Made by a program: the position numbers and the translations under genes. Below are positions 52,116-61,783 of a DNA stretch of 64,000 bases, piece after piece. Location: contig OZ244621.1 of assembly GCA_965218425.1 (NCBI GenBank), positions 56,187 through 120,186 of the forward strand, read 5' to 3'. Origin of the DNA: an uncultured Candidatus Binatia bacterium (GTDB lineage: Bacteria > Desulfobacterota > Binatia > UBA9968 > CAXXLF01). Every line of letters begins with the position of its first letter. The first letter of the stretch is position 1. The notes beneath the pieces were generated by a model. It was not told the origin of the DNA and made no database searches. It saw only the letters and a list, made by a program, of their open reading frames with translations.

Positions 52116-52703
52116 ATGTCGCAAGGACGAGAGATTTTTGACAAGTTTGTTCAAGACCTGCGCGCCGCGTGGAGCGAACGGCAAGATGTTGAACTACGTA
52201 TGAAACGGTCCGCGCAATTGCTTGAAAGCCTGGTGAGTAATCCGGCGCTCCGTGAGCGTTCAAAGACATGGCCCTCAACTGAGGGGCCCCCCACCAAAAA
52301 CCTGCTTCTCTATGAGGACCCCGATTATGGTTTCGCCGTCAATGCGGTTGTGCGTACTCCCGGCCGTGTGGGGAGCGCTCATGATCACGGTGAGAGCTGG
52401 ACGGCATACGGCCTCCTCGACGGCACAGAAAAATTAGAGCACTACCGGCGACTCGATGACGGTAAAAAGGAAGGCTACGCGGAGATCGAGCTCGACTACG
52501 TTGACGAAGGAACAGCCGGTAAGGTGGACCTGGTGCCACCCTTTGCGATTCATGCAGAGGTGGGTGGGCCAGGTAGATCCGTTGCAGTGATCATACGTTC
52601 CCTACCCATCGGTCGCAGGGGAAATTCATCGCGCTTTGACCGTGAAAAGCATACCTGCTCCCATGGCAACGGCCCGGTCCAGATCCCGCTTGAGGTCAAC
52701 TGA
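52116..52703 (+). CDS. Cysteine-dioxygenase-like cupin
   Basis: AHDHG..W..YG and PP..IH three-His pattern. Confidence 0.75.
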   Translation: MSQGREIFDKFVQDLRAAWSERQDVELRMKRSAQLLESLVSNPALRERSKTWPSTEGPPTKNLLLYEDPDYGFAVNAVVRTPGRVGSAHDHGESWTAYGLLDGTEKLEHYRRLDDGKKEGYAEIELDYVDEGTAGKVDLVPPFAIHAEVGGPGRSVAVIIRSLPIGRRGNSSRFDREKHTCSHGNGPVQIPLEVN

Positions 52704-52769
52704 TTGTTACCCCAGGCAAGATGGAGACCTTTGAAGTTCAATAAGGGTCGATCTTAGGAAGGAATCAAT

Positions 52770-53846
52770 ATGTTCGAAGGGCGTAAAACCTTTTACGAAG
52801 AATGGGTGGAGCATGAAGGTTTGGAGATCATCCGCGGCTTTCATATCGATGATATGATGAAGTTGGGCCTCCGATGGTGGGACCGAATCGGGGCCGCAGC
52901 CGTACATATTGATCTAGAGGGTACAGGTGATCTGGCAGGCGCCTATGCTTGCGAGATAGAGGGGGGCAAGGAGCTCAAGCCCCAGCGCCATATCTATGAA
53001 GAGATGATCTACGTCCTGTCAGGCAGAGGGGCAACTTCGGTCTGGTATGAAGGCTGGCCCAAGCTTACCTTCGAATGGGAGCCCGGGAGCCTATTTGCCA
53101 TTCCCTTGAATGCCTGGCACCAGCACTACAATGTGGAAGGGCACAATTCCCTTCGGTTTCTTTCTGTCACCACGGCGCCTATTGTCTTAAGCCTCTATCG
53201 CAACCCGGAATTTGTATTTAATAATAACGCCGTGTTCCCAGAACGTTATGACGGGAAGAGCGATTACTTCACTCGATCGGACGACTCGATCAATCAAGTG
53301 CTGGAGTCCAATCTTGTGGCGAATGTCAACCATTTGAAATTGCCTGCCGAAGAAGGAGCAAAAGTAAGTCGAGGGAAGGGTACCACCAATACCCTTATTG
53401 AAATGGCTAATGGAATTTTGGGTGCGCACATTCTCGAGATATCTCCGGGGATCTACAGCAAGCTTCATCGTCACGGTCCCGGGGCTCACGTGATCTGGCT
53501 TGCGGGCGAAGGTTATACCCTGACTTTTCCTGATGGCGGTGAAAAGAAAAAAGTCGATTGGAAGGCCGGTACCATGTTGGTCCCTCCCACCTGGTGGTGG
53601 CACATGCACTGCGTCACTTCCAAAGACCCTGGCAAACACCTTGCCCTAAAGCTGAACAGCTGGAGGCGACCGCTAACCCATATGCACGATGGGACCGTGA
53701 CCAGCGTCAAAGAAGGCGGGAACCAATACGACATGGAGGATCTCGAGCCCGAGTTGGCGGATTACATCCACTCAACCTTTGTGCGCGAGTGTGAGAAACA
53801 CGGCACCCCCGTGCGCATAAGCCACCCCCTCAACGGCGGAGCATAA
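52770..53846 (+). CDS. Bicupin (gentisate-dioxygenase-like)
   Basis: QRHIYEE.IYVLSGRG, IPLNAWHQH, HRHGPGAH, PP..WWH.H motifs. Confidence 0.82.
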   Translation: MFEGRKTFYEEWVEHEGLEIIRGFHIDDMMKLGLRWWDRIGAAAVHIDLEGTGDLAGAYACEIEGGKELKPQRHIYEEMIYVLSGRGATSVWYEGWPKLTFEWEPGSLFAIPLNAWHQHYNVEGHNSLRFLSVTTAPIVLSLYRNPEFVFNNNAVFPERYDGKSDYFTRSDDSINQVLESNLVANVNHLKLPAEEGAKVSRGKGTTNTLIEMANGILGAHILEISPGIYSKLHRHGPGAHVIWLAGEGYTLTFPDGGEKKKVDWKAGTMLVPPTWWWHMHCVTSKDPGKHLALKLNSWRRPLTHMHDGTVTSVKEGGNQYDMEDLEPELADYIHSTFVRECEKHGTPVRISHPLNGGA

Positions 53847-54012
53847 CCAATCAAGGAAAGACCCGGGTTTACTTGTTGCTTTTCACCTCGTGTTTCGCCA
53901 TCCCGGACTTTCTTTCCCTGTTATTCCACCATCAGTCGTGCAATGCTTGGTTGATCGGCATATACCTTCTGAGCCCATTAGAATTGGCAAACCTTAATCT
54001 ACGGGGTGTTAC

Positions 54013-55437
54013 TTGGCACAACTGACCCCCCGCGGCGATCGGCTTCTCCTGGCCAATGCATTGTTGGGCGCGTTTTTATCCGGGGCGGCCATCCGCATAT
54101 TTGACGTGGCCATGCCCACGGTGGCTGCCGATCTGAACACTGACCTGGTGGGAGTAGTGTGGGCGGTCCTGGGTTTCTCACTCGCAGCCAGCGGGCTTTC
54201 ACTGGTATTCGGTAGAATCGGTGACCTTTACGGTCACCACAAGATCTATGGTCTGGGATATTTGGTCTTCCTGGCCGGTTCCCTCCTCTGCGGTCTGGCG
54301 CGAAATATTGCCCAGCTCGTTCTTTTTCGCGTACTGCAGGGTCTTGGTGTCGCCATGAATCAAGCAGTAGGACGGGCCTTGGCGTTTGAAGCCGCTGCTC
54401 CAGGGCATGGAGGGAGAGCGCAGGGATACATGACCACGGCGTTCCACATGGGTTTTTTGCTCGGACCCAGCCTGGGTGGGCTCACCATTGATTATGTGGG
54501 CTGGCGCTGGACTTTTATTGGTTTCGTTCCCCTCGGTGCTATAGGCGCAATTCTGACTTTCGTACATTTCAGACACGCAGATCCGCGACCGGCGAGCCCC
54601 ACGAAACCCAAGGTGGACTATCTGGGGGCGACCCTCCTTTTCGTCAGTGCCATGGCATTGGTGCTATTTATAGACCAGCGCATTGTGAGCTGGGAGCGAA
54701 CAGGTTTGAAGACTCTTTTGCTTCCTGTTCTTGCGGTATCTTCCCTTGGTTTTATACTTTGGGAACGCCGCATCCAGAGTCCCATCGTTAACTTTGCGTT
54801 GTTCCGGGACAGGATGTTTTCATTCAGTGCCGTGAGCCTACTTATCGTGGCGACGGTCTATGTCCTTAGTAGTCTAATCTTGCCCTTCTATCTTCAGGAC
54901 ATCCTAAAGTTTAGGCCTAGCTTTATCGGTTTGCTGTTCATGGTTCCCCCGATCTTTACGATCACTCTTGCGCCATTAAGCGGCTCCCTTTCCGATCGCT
55001 ATGGTCCTCGGCCGGCGGCAACGATTGGCGTAGCTGCTTTGCTTGCGTCCGTGCTATTGGGAGGCCTATTGAGGGTGGATTCCCATTGGTTTTTACCAAC
55101 GTTGATCCTAACTTTGGGAGGGTTCGCAAACGGATTTTTCAATCCAGCCAACAGCGTTGGGATAATGCATTATACCCCTAAACAGCACATGGGATTTGCC
55201 TCAGGGATCATCAGTCTAATGTTCGGGACGGGCGCGGTAATTGGAGTTGCCCTGGCGAGCCTGCTCATGGTGACAGGCTTCCGCATCTCCACGGGTATTC
55301 CCGCCGCCCAACCTACCCCAACTATGCCGGGAGCGTTTGTGTCTGCGGTGAACTTTGCTTTTTGGGTAGCGTCGGCTGCGTGTGCCTTGGGGCTCCTCAC
55401 CTCCATCTTGCGTGGAGATGGGAAGAGAACAAGCTAA
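54013..55437 (+). CDS. MFS transporter, DHA2-like (14 TM)
   Basis: GRIGDLYG, RVLQGLG, GP.LGG, WRW.F, DYLG motifs. Confidence 0.9.
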   Translation: MAQLTPRGDRLLLANALLGAFLSGAAIRIFDVAMPTVAADLNTDLVGVVWAVLGFSLAASGLSLVFGRIGDLYGHHKIYGLGYLVFLAGSLLCGLARNIAQLVLFRVLQGLGVAMNQAVGRALAFEAAAPGHGGRAQGYMTTAFHMGFLLGPSLGGLTIDYVGWRWTFIGFVPLGAIGAILTFVHFRHADPRPASPTKPKVDYLGATLLFVSAMALVLFIDQRIVSWERTGLKTLLLPVLAVSSLGFILWERRIQSPIVNFALFRDRMFSFSAVSLLIVATVYVLSSLILPFYLQDILKFRPSFIGLLFMVPPIFTITLAPLSGSLSDRYGPRPAATIGVAALLASVLLGGLLRVDSHWFLPTLILTLGGFANGFFNPANSVGIMHYTPKQHMGFASGIISLMFGTGAVIGVALASLLMVTGFRISTGIPAAQPTPTMPGAFVSAVNFAFWVASAACALGLLTSILRGDGKRTS

Positions 55438-55627
55438 CTGATTCAGATATCGGCACGAAGCGTCACCTCAACGGTTATGCATGAGATAATCTAATATCCG
55501 CCTCCCTTGATTACTCAAGTACAATCCAGAAAAAAGGCGGCGGCACCATCTGGACCGCCGCCCATTAGAGGTAAAAGGAGCCCAACACCCCTTTTTCTCT
55601 CGGCTGTTTTGCCAGTTAACTGGTTTT

Positions 55628-56740
55628 TTATCTGCGCCTGCGACCGGTTTTTCCCGCAAAGGCCTCGTTCAGAAGTTTACGCAATTGGGGCTTACCATCC
55701 ATGGCCGCTTGGTCATAGGTCTTGATGGCCCCCGGCTGCGGGACTCGCCATGACTCATAATAATCATTGGGTACATCTAACCGGCGGCTGACATAACCAA
55801 TGGCCTTGCCGAGACGGTACTGGCCGTCTTTGCTCAGCAGCCAGTTAATGTAAACCCTTGCGGCATTGGGGTGAGGCGCGCGGTTGAACATGGCCAATGC
55901 ACCGGCCCCCGGACTTATATCGGAACCTTCCTTGAGCTCGTTTGGCTTTAGAATCTTTATGGGGAGACCCCGCCTAAGGGCATCGGATAAAATGGTGGAC
56001 CGGGGTGCTAAAAGGATAGGATATTTTCCCCGTGCGACTGAGTCCATGGCAAGTGCCGGGTCCCCGATTATGACGGGTTCATGATCGGCCAACGCCCTTA
56101 TAAAACCTTCCCCCAAATTCGGATGGAGCATGAAAAACATAAAAGTCGCTTGGGCCGACCCTGGTCGCCGGGGATCTGCGAAGACGATTTTCCCCTTCCA
56201 CTTGGGCTTGAGGAGGTCTTTGTACGACTTGAACTCCCCAGGTTTCACAAGGTTGGGATTGACACTAAGAATTGCACGTTGGGTGGGAAGCATTACCAGC
56301 ATCTCACGCCTCGGATCGACGAATTCGAGATGTCCATCGCGCCAGGTCTTACCGTCTTTAACATCGGGTAAGATTAAGGCCGGCTCCAGGGAATCAAAGG
56401 CCCTCATGGGGATCATGGCCGTGAGCCCTGTGGTGGTGCCCCCAATGAATACATCCCAAAGATACCTCCCGGCGCGACGCTCCAACCCCGAACGAGTTGA
56501 TTGTTGACCGCCTCTACCACCGAAGTAATCCACTGTAATGCCATACCTCTTCATAAAAGGTTGGGTCAGAGCGTCCCGAGTATCTGTCCCTAGGGGGCCC
56601 ATGACACCCACCTTCCCCTCCTTCTTGGCAGCAGCCAGGACCTTTTCCCATTCATCTTGGGATGCGGTTCCAATTTGGGCAGAAAATATAAGCCCCCAAA
56701 TAACTAACATTGAGATTGCTATCAAAATATTGCGCCTCAT
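55628..56740 (-). CDS. ABC-type extracellular solute-binding protein, orphan
   Basis: Signal peptide from ATG 56740; AAKKEGKV, DLLKPKWKGKI, APHPNAA; paralogue of 4468-5595. Confidence 0.85.
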   Translation of the reverse strand: MRRNILIAISMLVIWGLIFSAQIGTASQDEWEKVLAAAKKEGKVGVMGPLGTDTRDALTQPFMKRYGITVDYFGGRGGQQSTRSGLERRAGRYLWDVFIGGTTTGLTAMIPMRAFDSLEPALILPDVKDGKTWRDGHLEFVDPRREMLVMLPTQRAILSVNPNLVKPGEFKSYKDLLKPKWKGKIVFADPRRPGSAQATFMFFMLHPNLGEGFIRALADHEPVIIGDPALAMDSVARGKYPILLAPRSTILSDALRRGLPIKILKPNELKEGSDISPGAGALAMFNRAPHPNAARVYINWLLSKDGQYRLGKAIGYVSRRLDVPNDYYESWRVPQPGAIKTYDQAAMDGKPQLRKLLNEAFAGKTGRRRR

Positions 56741-56835
56741 AAGCTGTTCCTCCGTCCCGGAACAATAAGATACAATCGGCCTTTGTGTCAAACTCATCAA
56801 TCTGTTAACCAGTATAGGCAATTGGAGGGTAATCA

Positions 56836-57843
56836 ATGGCGAAGGAATTTCTGCTTGGCTGCCAGTGGAGGGGGATTCAACATACCCGTGAAGTGCCGGT
56901 GGAGACGCAATTCCAGATGATCCGAGATTCAGGGGTCTTTGACTACCTAGACCGGCTTCCCCCGACAGATGTCTTGGATGAATACATCCGCTGCTCCCAA
57001 AAGTACGATATTCCCCTGCATACCGGAACTTGGTATTACCAGCTCGGACGGGATGAACCTCTCCTCACCGAATACCTGCACAACGCCGCACGGGCGGGCC
57101 TTAAGATGCACAACATAATGATCTTCACTCATCATGCCGACGGACATGCAGTCACGGATGAGGAGATTGTGGAGTGCTATTGCCGCACCTGGGAGCTAGG
57201 GGACCGTCTAGGCGTCCAACCCACCTTCGAGCTGCATGTAAATATGTGGTCAGAGGATTTCAGGCGGGTAGCTCCGGTTGGGGAAAAGGTCCGTGCCAGG
57301 GGGCTCCCTTTTAACTTCACACTTGACTACAGCCATTGCGTTTTCAAGATGGACAATCCCGAGGAGTTACAGCGTTCTGGAATCAAGGCTGATGTGGATG
57401 TCGGCCGCGTGGTACTGGATCCCTTTGAACCGGGAAATTTGTGTGACCGTTGGCTTGAGATGAACATGGTCGTGTACGCGCAGTTTCGTCCAGTGGCCCC
57501 AAACAACCCTAAGAATGTTTGGGCCATGGATCAGAGTGGTAACCCGGGACGAGGAATTCAGTATCCATTTGTGAAGCCAGAGCCAGGCCAATGGCATTCC
57601 CCCTGGCATGCTTGGAAATTGGAGGCATCGAAGGAGGCCGTGCGCAAGGTGCTGCGCTATCATATCACCCATCCCGAGAGCCCACTGCAGTTTATCAATA
57701 CGGAAATGATCGACACGCTGGATTACGGGAAAAATGCAAAGTATTCGCTTTTCGAACACAATGTCGCATGTGCGCAATGGATTCGTTCTACATGGCAGCA
57801 GCTTAAGGCAATGCACAATGCCGGGATTCCGCTACAGGTTTGA
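56836..57843 (+). CDS. Xylose-isomerase-like TIM barrel protein
   Basis: FE.H..MWSE and LDYSH motifs; RBS GGAGG. Confidence 0.65.
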   Translation: MAKEFLLGCQWRGIQHTREVPVETQFQMIRDSGVFDYLDRLPPTDVLDEYIRCSQKYDIPLHTGTWYYQLGRDEPLLTEYLHNAARAGLKMHNIMIFTHHADGHAVTDEEIVECYCRTWELGDRLGVQPTFELHVNMWSEDFRRVAPVGEKVRARGLPFNFTLDYSHCVFKMDNPEELQRSGIKADVDVGRVVLDPFEPGNLCDRWLEMNMVVYAQFRPVAPNNPKNVWAMDQSGNPGRGIQYPFVKPEPGQWHSPWHAWKLEASKEAVRKVLRYHITHPESPLQFINTEMIDTLDYGKNAKYSLFEHNVACAQWIRSTWQQLKAMHNAGIPLQV

Positions 57844-57861
57844 GAACGGTTCTGTAAGTTG

Positions 57862-58282
57862 AATTCATCCTGGGGATTCAGTCACCTCGCGGCTTTGATC
57901 ACTTCCGTCACGGGAGTTGGGTTATTTTTTGTGCCGGTACCCGACGGCATGCCGGCTGAAGTCATGCCTTGAGCTGGAGTCATTGTGGTAGTGATTGGAC
58001 TGTGGGCAACGGGATCTGCCCCGGAGTATTTCACGTTGGCTTTGCGGTACAGACACTGGGCTTGGTTTAAAGATTGCAGTTGCTACGGGATGGCCCTTGG
58101 TCACGAGCTGGACTATGACCCTCTTCCCCTATGAGCCGCCGCCACTGATGGTGGCTGTGCAGCCGGGTGGTCTTCGGAACGGTCAGGTTATGAGGTTGAT
58201 GCTCGCTATGGTACTACTGGCATCGCTGGTCATTGTGCCGTTACAGTATTGCTGGCGGCGATTTATGGGTTATTTTGAGTAG
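57862..58282 (+). pseudogene. Internally deleted SLC13/DASS permease remnant
   Basis: N-terminal piece ...VPVPDGMP...*AGVIV...GLWATG joined to C-terminal piece FPYEPPPL.VA...VPLQY.WRR.MGY; about 420 nt of a gene normally well over 1 kb. Confidence 0.6.
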
Positions 58283-58283
58283 T

Positions 58284-59186
58284 TCAGGTCTTTTGGCTTG
58301 CCGAACGCCGAACTTCCGTCTTCTCTCCAAGCTCTATGGACATCAAATCCTCACCGACTTCCAAGGGGCCCGAATACTGTTTCCTTGTGGAAGGGATTAG
58401 ATCCTTCAGCAAATAGTCACCAAATAACAAAATATGCGTGTGGATTGCCAGTTTTGGCTTCGCGCGACTAAAAACTTCTCCCGCGCTCTCGGGTGTAGTG
58501 TGATTTGAGGCTATGGTTTTGCCAAATTGACTTTTTTGCAGGAATTCGTTCGACATGCCAACCACTTCATGAACCAAGAGATCTACTCCTTGAGAAAATT
58601 GGATGACGTTCTCATTAAACCGTGTGTCCCCAGAGAGGACTACGGATCGTCCGGCAAAGTCAATTCGGTATCCATAAGCAGGTTTGATCCGGCCGTGATC
58701 CACTTCAAAGGCGGTTATTTTTAGACCTTTGTTTTCGTAGACCACCCCACCGGTGAACTCTTCAGCAATCACCCGGATCCCTTCCTTTTGATAATGGGAC
58801 CGGATACGTATATCAAACTGATAGGCTTGCTCGAGGTGGGACATCATCTCCTTTGTCCCTCTGGGTCCCCGAACCGGCAGGGCAACTTGTCTGCCACCCC
58901 ACGCCTGATTAATCCAACCGGTGAGCCACAGGTCAGGGATACCCACCACGTGATCGGAATGGAGGTGAGTTAGAAATAGCCCGGTAATTTCTGAGAATCG
59001 GATCTTAAGCTGAAATAACCTTTGCAATGCGCCTCGACCGGCGTCAAAGAGAAATTTTTCCGATCCGGCTTCAACGAGAGTGCATGGCCCGAACCGCTCC
59101 ATTATTGGTGGAGGGCCCCCTGTGCCTAGCAGGGTAACTTTGAGTGTATCAGGTGCGCCGCTTGCCATTGCATTCTCCTCATTCAA
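58284..59186 (-). CDS. MBL-fold hydrolase, RNase Z/arylsulfatase-like
   Basis: LLGTG.P, DAG, THLHSDH, SGDT, LVHE, HTT motifs. Confidence 0.9.
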   Translation of the reverse strand: MNEENAMASGAPDTLKVTLLGTGGPPPIMERFGPCTLVEAGSEKFLFDAGRGALQRLFQLKIRFSEITGLFLTHLHSDHVVGIPDLWLTGWINQAWGGRQVALPVRGPRGTKEMMSHLEQAYQFDIRIRSHYQKEGIRVIAEEFTGGVVYENKGLKITAFEVDHGRIKPAYGYRIDFAGRSVVLSGDTRFNENVIQFSQGVDLLVHEVVGMSNEFLQKSQFGKTIASNHTTPESAGEVFSRAKPKLAIHTHILLFGDYLLKDLIPSTRKQYSGPLEVGEDLMSIELGEKTEVRRSASQKT

Positions 59187-59378
59187 CTCATGAATATTGG
59201 GATCATTAATCTCTAAGAAATCCTAGAGGCAGATTCAATGCTTCCCAAAGAATGCTGGCTTCGGGACTTGAATTGCCTCTCCGTCTCTGCATAAAATGCG
59301 CTACATCGTCGATTGATCGTTCTCATTTTCTTCCGTCCAAAGCACCTGGAAGTTTAACCAAAACAGGAGATCAAAATT

Positions 59379-60497
59379 ATGGCAATTGCACTCTCGCACG
59401 GTGGATCAAATATTTACTCCTCATCATCACGATCCGACGAGCTTCTGGTTGGAACCAAGGAAGGTGTCGTTATTCTAAAACGGGGTTCCAGTACCCAGTG
59501 GGATGTGGCGCACCGCGCCTTGCCCGACCAGTTTATCAGTTCTATTATCATAGAGCCCGACAGCAAGACCATCTTCGCCGGCGCCTTCTATGGCACAGTG
59601 CACGCCAGTACGGACGGTGGCAGAACTTGGCAGCGGCGGGATAACGGCCTGACGGTGCATGATGTCTATAGCCTGGCCTCGGTAAAGTTGAACGGCAAGG
59701 TTCGAGTCTATGCAGGGACAGAGCCCGCCCACCTTTTTTACAGTGAGGACCTGGGTCACCATTGGACAGAATTACCGTCCTTGAGATCCGTACCCAGTAC
59801 ACCCCAGTGGAGCTTCCCTGCCCCACCACACATCGCGCACACAAAATTCATCACTTTTGACCCTCTCAATCCCGCCAAGATGTATGTCTGTATCGAACAG
59901 GGCGCCCTATTGGCCAGCGATGATGCCGGTCAGAGCTGGAAGGAACTCAATACTGTTGGATTTTACACCGATAAGAATCGCCCGCTGGAGCATTTCTACG
60001 ACGTTCACAAGGCAATGATCCACCCGCACGATCCTAAAAGAATATTTGTGAGCGGTGGCGCTGGCCTGTACGTTAGCGCTGATGGGGGTGGCCATTGGGA
60101 GCGATGGACCAGCCCGGATTGGGCCACAGACGTCTATCCTGACGGTCTCGTCCTCAACCCAAACCAACCGGACACCATGTTTGTTTCAGCCGCAGAGCAC
60201 AATCCTCGCACCTGGCGTGAGGGCAAAACCCCCGGCCATGCCGGGACGCGAATATATCGTACCATTGACGGCGGGCGCACCTGGAAAATACTAGGCGACG
60301 GGCTGGCAGACCGGATGAAGCACGAAGCCGGGGCGTTATGTCTGGAGAGCCATGGAGAGTCGTTCTCAGTCTTTTTTGCAACCACTGGAGGCGATCTCTA
60401 TTGCACTGAGGATGGCGGAGATCACTGGTCTTTAATTAGTAGCGGCTTGGCGCCCGTTTCGAAAAAAGGGCATGAGCGCCTATTGAGAACGGCGTAG
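59379..60497 (+). CDS. BNR/Asp-box repeat beta-propeller protein
   Basis: Repeated S.DGG.(T/S/H)W motifs; AGTEPA; WSFP.PP...H. Confidence 0.88.
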   Translation: MAIALSHGGSNIYSSSSRSDELLVGTKEGVVILKRGSSTQWDVAHRALPDQFISSIIIEPDSKTIFAGAFYGTVHASTDGGRTWQRRDNGLTVHDVYSLASVKLNGKVRVYAGTEPAHLFYSEDLGHHWTELPSLRSVPSTPQWSFPAPPHIAHTKFITFDPLNPAKMYVCIEQGALLASDDAGQSWKELNTVGFYTDKNRPLEHFYDVHKAMIHPHDPKRIFVSGGAGLYVSADGGGHWERWTSPDWATDVYPDGLVLNPNQPDTMFVSAAEHNPRTWREGKTPGHAGTRIYRTIDGGRTWKILGDGLADRMKHEAGALCLESHGESFSVFFATTGGDLYCTEDGGDHWSLISSGLAPVSKKGHERLLRTA

Positions 60498-60864
60498 TAC
60501 CAATTCGCGGCGTAGGTCACTTGGGAATGGGGCGTCTAACCAGCCTAGAAAATCTGCTTCACTTCGCTCTTCCTCGGGCTCATCAGCAGCGCTAACCACT
60601 GCCTCTGATTCGCAAAGTTTTTCCTGCTCCGGTTCTGTCTCCTCAAAAAGCCGTTCCATGGCCTCCCTCCCCTTGAGGCCTTCCATCTCGATCTTGAGGC
60701 GAAGGTTGTTGGTGCTGTCCGAGTGGGCTAGTGCCTGTTCCAAGCCGATCTTTCCCTCTTTAGTAAAGCAACACGGCGTGATCAAAGGTCCGGCATCCCT
60801 CATGGATACCTTGTTCCATGGCTTCCTTCAGGACATCCACCTCACCATTTCGAATCAAGTTCTT
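60480..60864 (-). pseudogene. C-terminal remnant of a PilT/PilU type IV pilus ATPase
   Basis: KNLIRNGEVDVLKEAMEQG..EGCRTFD, a frameshift at ~60761, then KEGKIGLEQALAHSDSTNNLRLKI. Confidence 0.7.
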
Positions 60865-61087
60865 TTATAATTGCGGAGCCCGGGTTGGGAAGAAACAATG
60901 ATATTTTGTTGGGGCAAAAATTTCCCGATCTGTTTCTTCGAATATTCTCGGTCGTTTGCCGTAATCACCCAACGGCCTCACTTCCCCCCCAAACCTTGAC
61001 CTAGTCTCTACTCTCATAGATACTTCCAATTGAAGCACTGCAGGAAGACAGATCCCTGTCTTCCTGCTTAATTTCACGGGCTCGCCC

Positions 61088-61528
61088 TTGGAAAATCATC
61101 AGGAAATAGGACCACGGGTCATGATCCAGCAGGTTTCTCAGGTTGCCGGCTCATCCCCTCACCTCTGGGTCGTGGCTTGGAACATCCAGAACGCTGGAGA
61201 CCAACCGCTGCAGATCCTAAATGCACAGTGCCCCCATGGTCGATTTCGAGCCGGCAGGGTAGAGCTTGCCGATTACCCAGAGCTAATGCCCGGTAAAAGC
61301 ACACGCCTTGAGCTTGCGGTCACGTGCAAGGAGCCACCCGGCACTGTCGTGGAGAATACTTTTTTGATCCTCCAGGCCAAGTGGCGGAATCAACTCTGGC
61401 GGATATTGACTCGACTGACCATGACCTTTGACCAACAGGGTGCCCCAAATGGATTCACCGAGGTTATCACAACGCAGTCCGTCGGGTTCTCCAAGGGAAT
61501 GGGAGGGAGTGAAGATCCCCTAGACTAG
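61088..61528 (+). CDS. Hypothetical protein (beta-rich, possibly Ig-like)
   Basis: 146-aa ORF whose stop overlaps the RBS of the next gene; start codon uncertain. Confidence 0.7.
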   Translation: MENHQEIGPRVMIQQVSQVAGSSPHLWVVAWNIQNAGDQPLQILNAQCPHGRFRAGRVELADYPELMPGKSTRLELAVTCKEPPGTVVENTFLILQAKWRNQLWRILTRLTMTFDQQGAPNGFTEVITTQSVGFSKGMGGSEDPLD

Positions 61529-61540
61529 GAGGGAATCCCA

Positions 61541-61762
61541 ATGCCGATGAATAACGAAGAAAAAACCATTCTGCAAAAACTGCGTGGCTGACATAACAAC
61601 TGAGGCCTCGGCTTCGAAGAGACCACGGGTATGGTCTCCAACAGTCTCAATGTGGATCTGCAGGAATTGCTCAAGAAGTTGCAACGAATCAAGCGGGAAT
61701 ACGGTAAGAGCGCTGAGTTTCAGGATTGGCGAAAGCAAGTCCCCAAGGACTGGCCCATCTAA
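61541..61762 (+). CDS. Candidate small selenoprotein, 73 aa, with two in-frame UGA codons (UxxxU)
   Basis: RBS AGGAGG; MPMNNEEKTILQKLRG-U-HNN-U-GLGFEETTGMVSNSLNVDLQELLKKLQRIKREYGKSAEFQDWRKQVPKDWPI-TAA; TGA at 61589 and 61601. Confidence 0.7.
61619..61638 (+). promoter_or_regulatory. Putative bacterial SECIS hairpin
   Basis: GAGACCA-CGGGTA-TGGTCTC, a perfect 7-bp stem with G at loop position 2; the loop lies 22 and 34 nt after the two UGAs. Confidence 0.6.
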
Positions 61763-61783
61763 TTCCTTAAGATTAAGGATACT

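Noticed and set aside
57970-57972. In-frame TGA in the DASS remnant as a possible selenocysteine
   Set aside because: It lies in a heavily deleted membrane-protein pseudogene.
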